Source: a virus. Taken from it: a stretch of DNA of 59,296 nucleotides. Each line of letters starts with the position of its first letter. Position 1 is the stretch's first letter. The notes beneath the pieces were generated by a model. The model did no database searches and was not told the origin of the DNA. It saw only the letters and a program-made list of their open reading frames with translations. This document shows positions 9,125-18,000 of the stretch, one piece after another. The stretch spans positions 1 through 59,296 of the IMG/VR virus record IMGVR_UViG_3300044552_000050, one strand, 5' to 3'. A program made the translations under genes and the position numbers.

Positions 9125-9317
9125 GTTGCTTCATCCTCTCGACCACATCAGCGCCGCGCCAGTCAGTGCGCGCAACAAATTCAGCAGCATCGATTCCATG
9201 TTTCATGAAGTTGCGAAATTCCTCATGAGAAAAACCACACAGATAAAACCACCGCCGTATTCCTGATGGGCAGTATTCGGGTTTCACAGCCGATATTTCA
9301 GCCATCGTCACGCGCAT
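9117..9317 (-). CDS. Hypothetical 66-aa protein
   Basis: ATG at 9317, 2 nt after the upstream TGA. Overlaps the J-like GTG start by 8 nt. Translation MRVTMAEISAVKPEYCPSGIRRWFYLCGFSHEEFRNFMKHGIDAAEFVARTDWRGADVVERMKQRG. Confidence 0.5.
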   Translation of the reverse strand: MRVTMAEISAVKPEYCPSGIRRWFYLCGFSHEEFRNFMKHGIDAAEFVARTDWRGADVVERMKQRG

Positions 9318-9319
9318 CG

Positions 9320-9544
9320 TCAGACCTTCTCTTTGAAGCGGTTTATCTGGTTGTCCCACCAACCGAGGCAGTTGGGCGACTTGACGATCACGGACCCGGC
9401 TATCACGGGCATGGGCATGCCTGACTGAGCGGTTGGACCAGACGCCGCCGACGCTGACGTTGATGGCGGTTTAGGCATCAACAGCAGGGATGCTGCCATC
9501 ATAGCCACGGCAATTACAACCATGATAATCATTGCGATGGGCAT
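9320..9544 (-). CDS. Small membrane-anchored tail protein (gpI C-terminus-like, or the N-terminus of fused J-type proteins)
   Basis: MPIAMIIMVVIAVAMMAASLLLMPKPP...MPMPVIAGSVIVKSPNCLGWWD. A hydrophobic N-terminus followed by a pattern like the start of GTA g15. Confidence 0.45.
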   Translation of the reverse strand: MPIAMIIMVVIAVAMMAASLLLMPKPPSTSASAASGPTAQSGMPMPVIAGSVIVKSPNCLGWWDNQINRFKEKV

Positions 9545-10482
9545 AGCGGACTCCTTGCGCGGAACAGACCTTCCAGCCAAGTTGCAAGCCGGTTTTCTGA
9601 GTGTGGTGAAACCGTGATGCCGAGGCTGTCGCAGACAAACATCACGGTTTCAATGGGATCGGTGCTAAGGCTGTCCGTTGCCACGGTGATATGCGCGTCA
9701 ATGTCAGCGGAATGGTCGTAATTCCAAACCTGCCGAAAATCGTCCAATGTCCCGCACGAAGGATTTATGACGCGCATGGTGGCATAGAATTTTCTGATGC
9801 AGGTTTCAGGGTCGCGGACCATCTGAATGAACGTCGCATCAGGGTAAACCTCCCTTAGATCGTCCATATGGAACTGGTGCCAGTTGTCACGCAGGACCAT
9901 TCGGCTGCCGGGCCGGTAATAATCCCATTCCTCCAGAAGCCTGCGATGGTAACGGAGCGCTGGCCGCATGTCCTGCTCCAGCCACCTGCTGAAATAGGTC
10001 TGCCAGTTGAACATCGTTCCCCATACCGGCGACCAGAAGGTGTTTGTCATTATTTCGCTGTCAGATGCGCCAGAAAGCGGTGAGCGGCCACCTACCAACA
10101 TGGCACCGACTTTTGCGCTTATGGCGTTGTGGGCTGCCTCACGGGCCGTCCTGATGCGCCGTATGTCGTCCATCGGGTTTGCATGCCGTGGAGGTGCCTG
10201 ATAGCGCGCCTCCCACGTCTCAGGCACCCGAATGCCGTCAATCTGAGCAAGTGCGTTCTGTAGAAACGAACCACCTGAGCGCGGCATGCCGATTATAAAC
10301 ACCGGGCGCGTAAGTGTGCCACGCGGTCGGTTCTCACGCATAACGTGAGTCCGGGCCTGAAGAACATTGTCCATAGCCACGCGCAGTGACTTTTCGGAGT
10401 TTTGCTCGTTCAGCGCGCGCATGCCCGCGATTTCATATTCACCGAGTTGCGCGCGTTCTTTATATCGGTCGATCAGTTTCAT
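9529..10482 (-). CDS. Sulfotransferase-family protein (PAPS-dependent type)
   Basis: PVFIIGMPRSGGSFLQNAL (5'-PSB P-loop-like) and MVRDPETCIRKFY (RDP, 3'-PB-like). The ATG at 10482 overlaps the upstream stop as TGATG. The full ORF extends to 10530. Confidence 0.65.
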   Translation of the reverse strand: MKLIDRYKERAQLGEYEIAGMRALNEQNSEKSLRVAMDNVLQARTHVMRENRPRGTLTRPVFIIGMPRSGGSFLQNALAQIDGIRVPETWEARYQAPPRHANPMDDIRRIRTAREAAHNAISAKVGAMLVGGRSPLSGASDSEIMTNTFWSPVWGTMFNWQTYFSRWLEQDMRPALRYHRRLLEEWDYYRPGSRMVLRDNWHQFHMDDLREVYPDATFIQMVRDPETCIRKFYATMRVINPSCGTLDDFRQVWNYDHSADIDAHITVATDSLSTDPIETVMFVCDSLGITVSPHSENRLATWLEGLFRARSPLCPSQ

Positions 10483-11297
10483 CAGTAATAGTAACTCGTG
10501 CTTGCCGCCGGGTTTTCCAAAGGAATCCACGGCTGGCCCCCAAAATTAGGGCCATTGTTAAACATCGAGTTGCATATTGCCAATGTTTTAGCGCAGCCAG
10601 GTGCAATGTTCACAACCTGTCCAACTGGAATAGAGGAATTGGTGTCGGACAGAATCAGACGCGAGCCGAGTACCTGCAAGATCGACCGTGTTTCTTCAGC
10701 AAACCACAGAACACCGCCCTGATAAACGGACGAATCATAGCTGCCGTTCCAGTTGTCATTGAGCGTGACACCGTTGGACGACGCGGTAACGATAGTTGCG
10801 GTTGTGGTGAACTTGCTTTTGTCCACCATACACTGGCTGTCGTATAGCGCATAACAGCACGTAACCTGCCAGTACCGGCGCAGAGACATTTTTTTCATGT
10901 TGGTGATAGCGGTTTCACACATGATCTTCAGCATGTGATCCTGCCGGTTCACCGCAACCACGCGACCAACAAATATCGAAATGAACTGCTTGTCGGGGTC
11001 ATTTTCATGACCAACGAAAATTTGGGCTGCTACCGGCAGTGTTGGCGCGGACGCAAGGAACAGGTCACTAAAACCAACCGTGATCGGTAGCGTTATCGCT
11101 ATTGTCTGGTTGTCGAGTGTGCCTGACTGAACGATGGAATCGCGGTCAATAGGATAGCGCACGTACACATCGCCATTGAAGGTCACGTCCTCAAGATCGC
11201 AGTCCGTATAGGTGTAACTGGTTGTGCCAATCGTGAACTTATACAGGTGGATCGGCAAACCCAAATTACGGCTTTCTTCAATGCTCGCAAAACTCAT
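10482..11297 (-). CDS. Tail hub protein (GTA g13-like, DUF2163 plus BR0599 C-terminal domain)
   Basis: C-terminal block QVTCCYALYDSQC...GGVLWF...APGCAKTLAICNSMFNNGPNFGGQPWIPLENP matches the BR0599 pattern GCdkt..tC...F.N..NFgGfp.iP. Confidence 0.75.
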   Translation of the reverse strand: MSFASIEESRNLGLPIHLYKFTIGTTSYTYTDCDLEDVTFNGDVYVRYPIDRDSIVQSGTLDNQTIAITLPITVGFSDLFLASAPTLPVAAQIFVGHENDPDKQFISIFVGRVVAVNRQDHMLKIMCETAITNMKKMSLRRYWQVTCCYALYDSQCMVDKSKFTTTATIVTASSNGVTLNDNWNGSYDSSVYQGGVLWFAEETRSILQVLGSRLILSDTNSSIPVGQVVNIAPGCAKTLAICNSMFNNGPNFGGQPWIPLENPAASTSYYY

Positions 11298-11308
11298 TGC
11301 GCGTTCCT

Positions 11309-13045
11309 TCAGCTAAGGCCATCGGTTATGGTGACGGTCTGCGCCGCCTGATAAGGCCGGGATGCGATATTCGTATTAACCGTTGCAACGCTGTCGGTTA
11401 AATACGTGATCGTAATGTCGTCACTCATGAACCGCGAAAGCATCAGCCAACTGACACGAATTATCTGCGAAATGGTGTAAATTGTAGTCCCTGAAACCGG
11501 GTTATCAAGCTGGAACGTAACAGTGCCGTCGGTGTTTGCGGTAAACAGGAGCACGTTTCTGTAAACAATGTCGCCGTTGTCCATTTTAATTTCGATCAGG
11601 CCCAACGTGTCATCGTTGTACAATTCACCAATTTCATTGTTGATAACGATAAAATTGGTACTCGTAAGCACTGTTGCACTGCTCACCGTCAGGTCAGAGA
11701 CAAATGACGATGCGAAAAACTCGCCAGCTTCCCCGCGCATCCGGCAAAAGAAGTCGATCATGTCCTGGGCATTTCCGTTCAGTAGGAACGCCGCCTGTCG
11801 CACGTCCATGCCGAACAGGGCCGGAGCATAATAGTCTGTCAGGCCAAACTGGTTATCAATGGCCTCTCGCTTCCACGAAATGCTGTCACTGACCGGCATT
11901 CCCCACTGTGGCGTGAACGGCAACACTTCCCGTCCATCGGTAAGCGTACCGGCTTCGCCCACGGTGTAATCCGGGTCACTCGCAGGATCACAGATGAACG
12001 ATACCGGGATAACGGATACGGTTGTTGTAAGGTTCTGCAACTGCGGGCCATCAGACAAGCGGCCTAACAGGCCAACGCTCATGCGCGTACCTGGCTGCCA
12101 AGCAAAGTTTGTCGCGGCTGCAAATTGAATCGTGTTCCCGGATAAGCTGTCGATCTTACGCAGTTCAAACTGTTCATCACAGGCAAATACCAGATACGCA
12201 CCTTGGGTTGCCCAACGGGGAATAGCCTCCAGTGACACGGTTTCCGAACCAGTGGGGAGTCCTTCATCAAGCATTACCGTGCGCGTGGGGTCTGCCACGT
12301 ATAGCTGAGACACTGCTTTCCTGCGAAGGATGCTTTTCATCTTCAGACAGTTGTCACCCACAACAAGTGCGGTGAAGGCCAGTGTCCTGCGAGGTGTCTG
12401 GCGCAAGGCGCGGCGTTGCTCAGTACCATCACGGGAGGTTATAATATCAGTTTGATACGAAAGGGTCACGTTTACGGTGTCCTCCCAATTAGCCGAAATG
12501 GGAAGCAGGAACGCTGAGAACCGAGTGCCCGCGATAGGCACGAGTTTGGTGTAATTGATCGCGGACGCGCCGACATTCATATAGCCTGAAAGTGTGGCAA
12601 TTCCTGTAGGGCTGGCAATGATCGAGAACACCAACCGTTCTATCGGGCGCAACGTGTCGCCTTGCGTGAGACCGTTGATGGTGAGACCTGCGTCAGTTGG
12701 TAAAGTCAGGGTGTCGATTTTAACGGATCGCTCGACATAGGTGTTAAAGATCACAGCTTCCACAGACCGAGGTGTGCTTTCGCTGGTAATTTCCCCAAAC
12801 TGAATCAGGTAGGGCGTAAGCCATATCTTGTTGTAAAAGTCCTCGAAAAAGGACTGGATCAGATTGCCAGTAAGGGCGTTCGTGTTCAGTGGCGTAGGCT
12901 GATCGACAGTGCGCGTTGCGTCAACATCCTCTCCAAGCTGCGCGCCAGTCTGCACAAGTTGGGAACGCATGGTCGAAGGCGACGTAAGCAGCGTGTTCAC
13001 TGCATACGTCAGGCCGGGCAGTGTGGTGCCAGTTACCTCGCTCAT
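11309..13045 (-). CDS. Distal tail protein (DUF2460 / GTA g12-like core) with N- and C-terminal extensions
   Basis: The central SRDGTEQRRALRQTPRRTLAF resembles the SG.EeRn..w...RR.y motif of GTA g12. Lies immediately upstream of the hub gene. Confidence 0.5.
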   Translation of the reverse strand: MSEVTGTTLPGLTYAVNTLLTSPSTMRSQLVQTGAQLGEDVDATRTVDQPTPLNTNALTGNLIQSFFEDFYNKIWLTPYLIQFGEITSESTPRSVEAVIFNTYVERSVKIDTLTLPTDAGLTINGLTQGDTLRPIERLVFSIIASPTGIATLSGYMNVGASAINYTKLVPIAGTRFSAFLLPISANWEDTVNVTLSYQTDIITSRDGTEQRRALRQTPRRTLAFTALVVGDNCLKMKSILRRKAVSQLYVADPTRTVMLDEGLPTGSETVSLEAIPRWATQGAYLVFACDEQFELRKIDSLSGNTIQFAAATNFAWQPGTRMSVGLLGRLSDGPQLQNLTTTVSVIPVSFICDPASDPDYTVGEAGTLTDGREVLPFTPQWGMPVSDSISWKREAIDNQFGLTDYYAPALFGMDVRQAAFLLNGNAQDMIDFFCRMRGEAGEFFASSFVSDLTVSSATVLTSTNFIVINNEIGELYNDDTLGLIEIKMDNGDIVYRNVLLFTANTDGTVTFQLDNPVSGTTIYTISQIIRVSWLMLSRFMSDDITITYLTDSVATVNTNIASRPYQAAQTVTITDGLS

Positions 13046-14013
13046 GTGGTCGGGTACGCATAGCCTACGAAGTAGGACGTTTCATTCAGCGGGTAGCCTG
13101 CGTTTGTACCATTGTACGATGTGGCCGTGTCGCGCCGCCATGCAGGAAAGACCATCCATGTCGTGTCCGCAACGGTCAATGTCTGCAACGGGTCCAAACT
13201 TCGCATGTTGACCATGCGGACGCCTGACGGAGTCCCTGCATACATGAAGTTCTTGTTCGCGTCTGTGATGAAGATGGGCATGGGCACCAGCAGGCTCGCA
13301 GACGCGAAATCAGCGTACGCTTGCACCAGCAGCCCATCAGATACGTCATTGCTAAAACCGCCCAAAGCCTCTGTGCCTAGGAAGGTGCCCATAGGTAAAA
13401 AATTGTTCGCTGCCGAGTTTACAAGGAACGTGCGCCAAGGATTAGGATTAGACGCATGCGGAACGTAAACTCCCCCTGGCACACCGCCATTGCCTACGTA
13501 AAGCTGGAAGCCGAAAAGGTAGGAATTATAGTAATTGCGCACGCCGGTGCTCTGGTATTGGGATGTTTTAAGCATTGGCGATGCCGCGCTGATTATTTCG
13601 CCGCCCGTGCTGTCCCCGGTAGTGTATGTGCCAGCAGTATCAAGATACCCAAGGTACAGATGCCGAAACAGGTTGGTTCCGTACTGGACCGCAACGGCCA
13701 GATACGGTTTAGGGGAGGTGCCCGCGAACATATGGATTGCCTGCGGGGCGGAAACGGTTGCTGTCATACCGTCTGCGGATGCAATTACAGGTGAGTACAG
13801 CAGGGCTGTCGATGTTGCGAGTGTCGGCCCGGTCCACATCAGTTTGTGCGTATAGGTGTCAACCACCGTAGCCGACAACGTGAACGTCAGGCCCGACCCG
13901 TACTGGAATGTCAGCGCGGTGGTATTGACCGTCCACCCATTAGCGGCGGCAAAGGTTGCCACAAGGGCTGGAATGTCGGTGATAGCAGCAACGGCTTTTG
14001 TGCTGTAAGCCAT
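13042..14013 (-). CDS. Hypothetical tail-module protein, paralog B
   Basis: ATG at 14013, 1 nt after the upstream stop, with GGAG upstream. Shares blocks with 14015..15010. Confidence 0.6.
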   Translation of the reverse strand: MAYSTKAVAAITDIPALVATFAAANGWTVNTTALTFQYGSGLTFTLSATVVDTYTHKLMWTGPTLATSTALLYSPVIASADGMTATVSAPQAIHMFAGTSPKPYLAVAVQYGTNLFRHLYLGYLDTAGTYTTGDSTGGEIISAASPMLKTSQYQSTGVRNYYNSYLFGFQLYVGNGGVPGGVYVPHASNPNPWRTFLVNSAANNFLPMGTFLGTEALGGFSNDVSDGLLVQAYADFASASLLVPMPIFITDANKNFMYAGTPSGVRMVNMRSLDPLQTLTVADTTWMVFPAWRRDTATSYNGTNAGYPLNETSYFVGYAYPTT

Positions 14014-14014
14014 A

Positions 14015-15010
14015 TCAGTTGGTCTCCATCGCAAAGAATGAACCACCATCGGTACGGTAGGCGTTCTGCGCTACAACGTAAGTCAGGTCGCCCACAGTCA
14101 CCGTATCTGCTGCGGCTGCCGATTGGCCGCTGATGCGTTTGATTCCGTCGAGAACGCCTAATGTTCCACCAGTGGACAGCGTAAGCGTTACGTCTTGCAG
14201 GGACACAGTGCCGTTGTAAAACGGAACGAGGCGCGGCAGGAAGTTCGCGTAACCAAAAACATTTATTGGGTTGTCATTGATCGTCCCTGCACCTTGTGTC
14301 ACACCGAAATTCGAGTCTACGGTGCTGGCGTAGTAAGTGTTCGGCCCGACGCCCACATTCGTTGCCGAAGGACTGTTGGAATTTATGCCGATCCCGCTTG
14401 CCCATGAACCAGACGGCAAAAGAACCTGCATGTTGCTGACGTTTTGATTAGGCTGCGTCCAATACGGGTTGATAAAACTGGTGTGGTCCGCGTTTTGATT
14501 CCGGTAAGTCTGCGGACTAGACGCGGTGGATTGGCTGGAACCGCCAATCACAAGCGGTGCAGCATAATAGGTCGGGTCACAGTAGGGAAGGAACCATCCT
14601 GCATACATGGATTCAAAGACTGTGGATATTTGCACCACAGACATGAACCGCCTGCTACTTGCCGTAATCCAGTAATTCATCGTGCTGTTGTCGAGGTACA
14701 TCCACACAGCAGGCGACACGTTTGCATGCCCTGAAATTCCTGTAGCACTGCTGACGATGCCTGTCATGCCATATACAGCCAGTGCGTATCCACCCGGTGT
14801 TCCAGTGGAGTTAATGAGTTTCAGACCAACGTAAATTGCATCGCCAATGTTCGAGCCAGGACCTTTTAGAACAACCTCAGTAGCACTGGCCGACCATACC
14901 TGCGCCCAAAGCGCATTGGCAGTGTTAAGGTCTGAATTGGTTGTTAAAAACGATATCAGTTTTGCCATATAGTCCGAAGGACTGCTGGCTGTGCCTTTTA
15001 TGGTCGCCAT
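14015..15010 (-). CDS. Hypothetical tail-module protein, paralog A
   Basis: 331-aa ORF directly downstream of the tape measure gene. Shares blocks with 13042..14013. Confidence 0.6.
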   Translation of the reverse strand: MATIKGTASSPSDYMAKLISFLTTNSDLNTANALWAQVWSASATEVVLKGPGSNIGDAIYVGLKLINSTGTPGGYALAVYGMTGIVSSATGISGHANVSPAVWMYLDNSTMNYWITASSRRFMSVVQISTVFESMYAGWFLPYCDPTYYAAPLVIGGSSQSTASSPQTYRNQNADHTSFINPYWTQPNQNVSNMQVLLPSGSWASGIGINSNSPSATNVGVGPNTYYASTVDSNFGVTQGAGTINDNPINVFGYANFLPRLVPFYNGTVSLQDVTLTLSTGGTLGVLDGIKRISGQSAAAADTVTVGDLTYVVAQNAYRTDGGSFFAMETN

Positions 15011-15014
15011 ACCC

Positions 15015-18000
15015 TTACCCCAAGATGCTTTTATATGATGAACGGTTATTGTTTATGTGATTTAGCAGCACTTTCCCACCTGCAGGAGTTGCGAGTGCTG
15101 ACCTAAGTGCATGTGTGTGGTCGACAGAATTGATAACATGCACGTTCACTGGGCCTGCGGAACCTGATGCACCACCATTCAGGGCATGACGCGGGTCACT
15201 GCGCGTGATGACTTCTTCACCACGCTGGAGAATTGTTGGTATTTCGTCAGGTTGGAGTCCTGGAAAACCGCCTGTGTGGAACCGTTGCGCGCCTGCAAAC
15301 ACTAAGGGTGAAATGCTCCGCGTCGAACCGCCGTATAGGCCCACAACACCGCCTGTGTGGTTCACGGCAGCACCCATAATGCTCGAAAATGCCGAACCTA
15401 CACCGCTGCCACCGATTGCGCCCACAGCCATGCTAACCGCTTTGAGCATGACGGCTTTCAGGATCATTTCGCCCATCTGTTCGAGGAAACTTGCCGCGAA
15501 CTGCGCGAACGAATCCTTCAGTGAGGTCATCACACCCTGACCTTCGCGCAGTTCGCTGAAGAACTGCCTGGCAGCAGATACGGTGTCGTCCGAGAACGCA
15601 TTTTTCATGCTGTCGGACATTTGCTTTGTTTCATCGCCCGCCTGCCTGACGGCTCTGCGGTTGCCCTGAAGCTGGCTTACATTGCGGTCGATAGAGTCGT
15701 TCGTCTGACCTTCCGCCTGCATGGCTGCCGGGTTGTTCCGAAGGGATGTGTAGTGGGCAATCGCGTTGTCGATGCTTCGCAGAATGTTGGCTGTGATCTG
15801 CGGTAACTGTGCGTCGATCATCGCGTCAGTACGTATGTCACCCGTGTCTCGTGCGTCGCTGCGGCGCTGGATCATTGCGCGCTGAAGTTCGACACCTTCA
15901 CGGACAGGCTGCATCCACTGAATGTCAGAGCGCTGGCTGCCCTGCCGCGCGCGCTCTGCGGATTCCGCGTAAGCGCGTATCTGGTCAAATGCTGACTGCT
16001 GCACCTGCCGTGGCCGACCTCCTTGGGCCTGAATGTTACGGTTCAACTGTTCGATCTGCTCGCGCAGACGTTCAACAGCATCCGTGCCGCGCTGGCGCAC
16101 CTCAGCGTCAAGGCGCGCTGTACCGTCCTGCGGCTCACCTGCCTGCGCGTCAGTCAGTGACCTGCGGCCAAGGGTTAGTGCGCGCTGTACGGTGCTGTCA
16201 ATGGAACGGTCGGATGCCTGCTGCCGCGCCTCTACTGCCTGCAAGGAACGATATAGACCCGCGTCAGCACCATTGTATTGCGTGGTACGCCGTGACAGTT
16301 CATCCAGAAGTTGCTGGCCGCTGCGCTGGCTACCATCTGTGTTGTGCGTGATGGCCGTGTTGGATTGTATCGCCTGCCGTCCGATGGTTTGATCCAACGG
16401 TGCGCCCGGGTTACGGACCAAGTTTACACCGCCTGTCGGGCCGAAGTGGTAGCCCGCATACAGGTTGCGCGCGTTTATCTGCTGCCCGGCTGCGCGTAGG
16501 GCGGCGGCAATTTCCTGCGTGTATGCGGCGATGGCGCGCGTGACGACCTGATCGTTAGAGCGTTGTGCGTCCAGTTGGGTATCGGACATACCCATTGTCT
16601 CAGGCACATGGCGACGCAGAACGTCCCGCCATGTGGCATCCGTAAACTGGCCCACACCGGATGCACTGGACGCCGGGTTCGTCGCACCTCTGCGCCCGCT
16701 GGCTTCGAGAAGCGGCACAATCGCGGTGAACTGCCTGATAGCCTGTTCGTCCTGCGAATGCTGGTGCTGTTCCTGCTGCTGGCGGTACTCGGCAATCGCG
16801 TCCTGCTGGCGCTGCTGAATCGCATACCGCGCAGCGTCCGAATTGACGTTACCGGCAGTCAGCGGGTTCGATTGAATATCATGCACGGCAGCATCGCGCG
16901 CGCGGTCGCGCACAACCTGTTCTGCCACCTGCTGCGGAAGCTGGTTCAGTTTTTCAAGCGTCTGGTTGTGCTTGTCCTGTGCATCCTGCGTGATGCGCTG
17001 TGCTGCAATATCGCGGCGGTCGTTGTTATTCCGTTCAAGGTTGCTCTGACGCTCATTGGCCTCGTATGGGTCACGACCGGCTGACCACGCGCCTACGTCA
17101 ACACGGGTTCTGGTCAGGAAGCTGCCGATCTGCCGCAGCCGCGTATCGTCGTGCGCGTTTGCGGCATTGTGGGCGTTACGGATAACGCTATTCTGAAATA
17201 TGTCCTGTGCGCCAGCCTGATCGCCGTTACCCTCTGCATCGGACATTCTCTGCCTGTCCTGTGCGGAGATAAGCGCGCCGTGCTTGGCGATGAAATTGTC
17301 CATGTCCTCAGTCGTGCCATTGAAGGCTTTACCGAGGTCTTGCACAGCAGTCTTGAAGTCGCCGCCGAACGCCTTGGTCATGTCAGCAGCGGCTTCAGTG
17401 ATGCGTGAAATGTCGGACGAACGCATGCCGTCAACCATGAGCGACTGAAGGGCTGCCTGAGCGTCTTTCGCATCCACGCCTAGCTTGCGAATGGCGTCCT
17501 GTTCGGTGACAATCCATTCCGGGTCATAGTTTGCACCACCACCGAGGCCAGCAGTCACACCGCGCGCGTCGGCCATCAGCTTGCTGTTCTGGTACATCTG
17601 GTCGAGGGCGTATGCCAGTGCTGCGGCACCTGCTGCTGCTGCCGCGAACGCGCCGGGATATTTGGCTATCGTGACCAGAACCGTGTTCACCTTACCGGCG
17701 ACACCATCGAAAATCTGAAGTATCTGACCGCCCTGCTGCGCGAGCGTCTGTGACAGAGACGTGCCGGAACCAAGCTGTGTCAGAACGTCGTTGATCTGAT
17801 ACCCAAGGTTCTGCACCTGATAGGGTTTCAGGCCCATGAAGTTCGGGCGACCCGCGCTGTCCAAACCCTGCATACCGTTGATACGGCGCGTGGTTTCTTC
17901 CATCTGCGTGTCGAGCATCTTCAGTGCAGATGCGTATTCCTCGGCAGACAGGCGTTCACGCATGAATTCAAGCTGCTGCTTCTGCTGGTTGAACTGCCGG

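Noticed and set aside
9125-9322. Stop-codon read-through or a single frameshift joining the 9320..9544 ORF to the 872-aa J-like ORF, which are in the same frame.
   Set aside because: Manual translation of the intervening 195 nt in that frame shows several further stops beyond the first TGA: TGA at 9308-9310 and TGA at 9284-9286. Simple read-through cannot join them.
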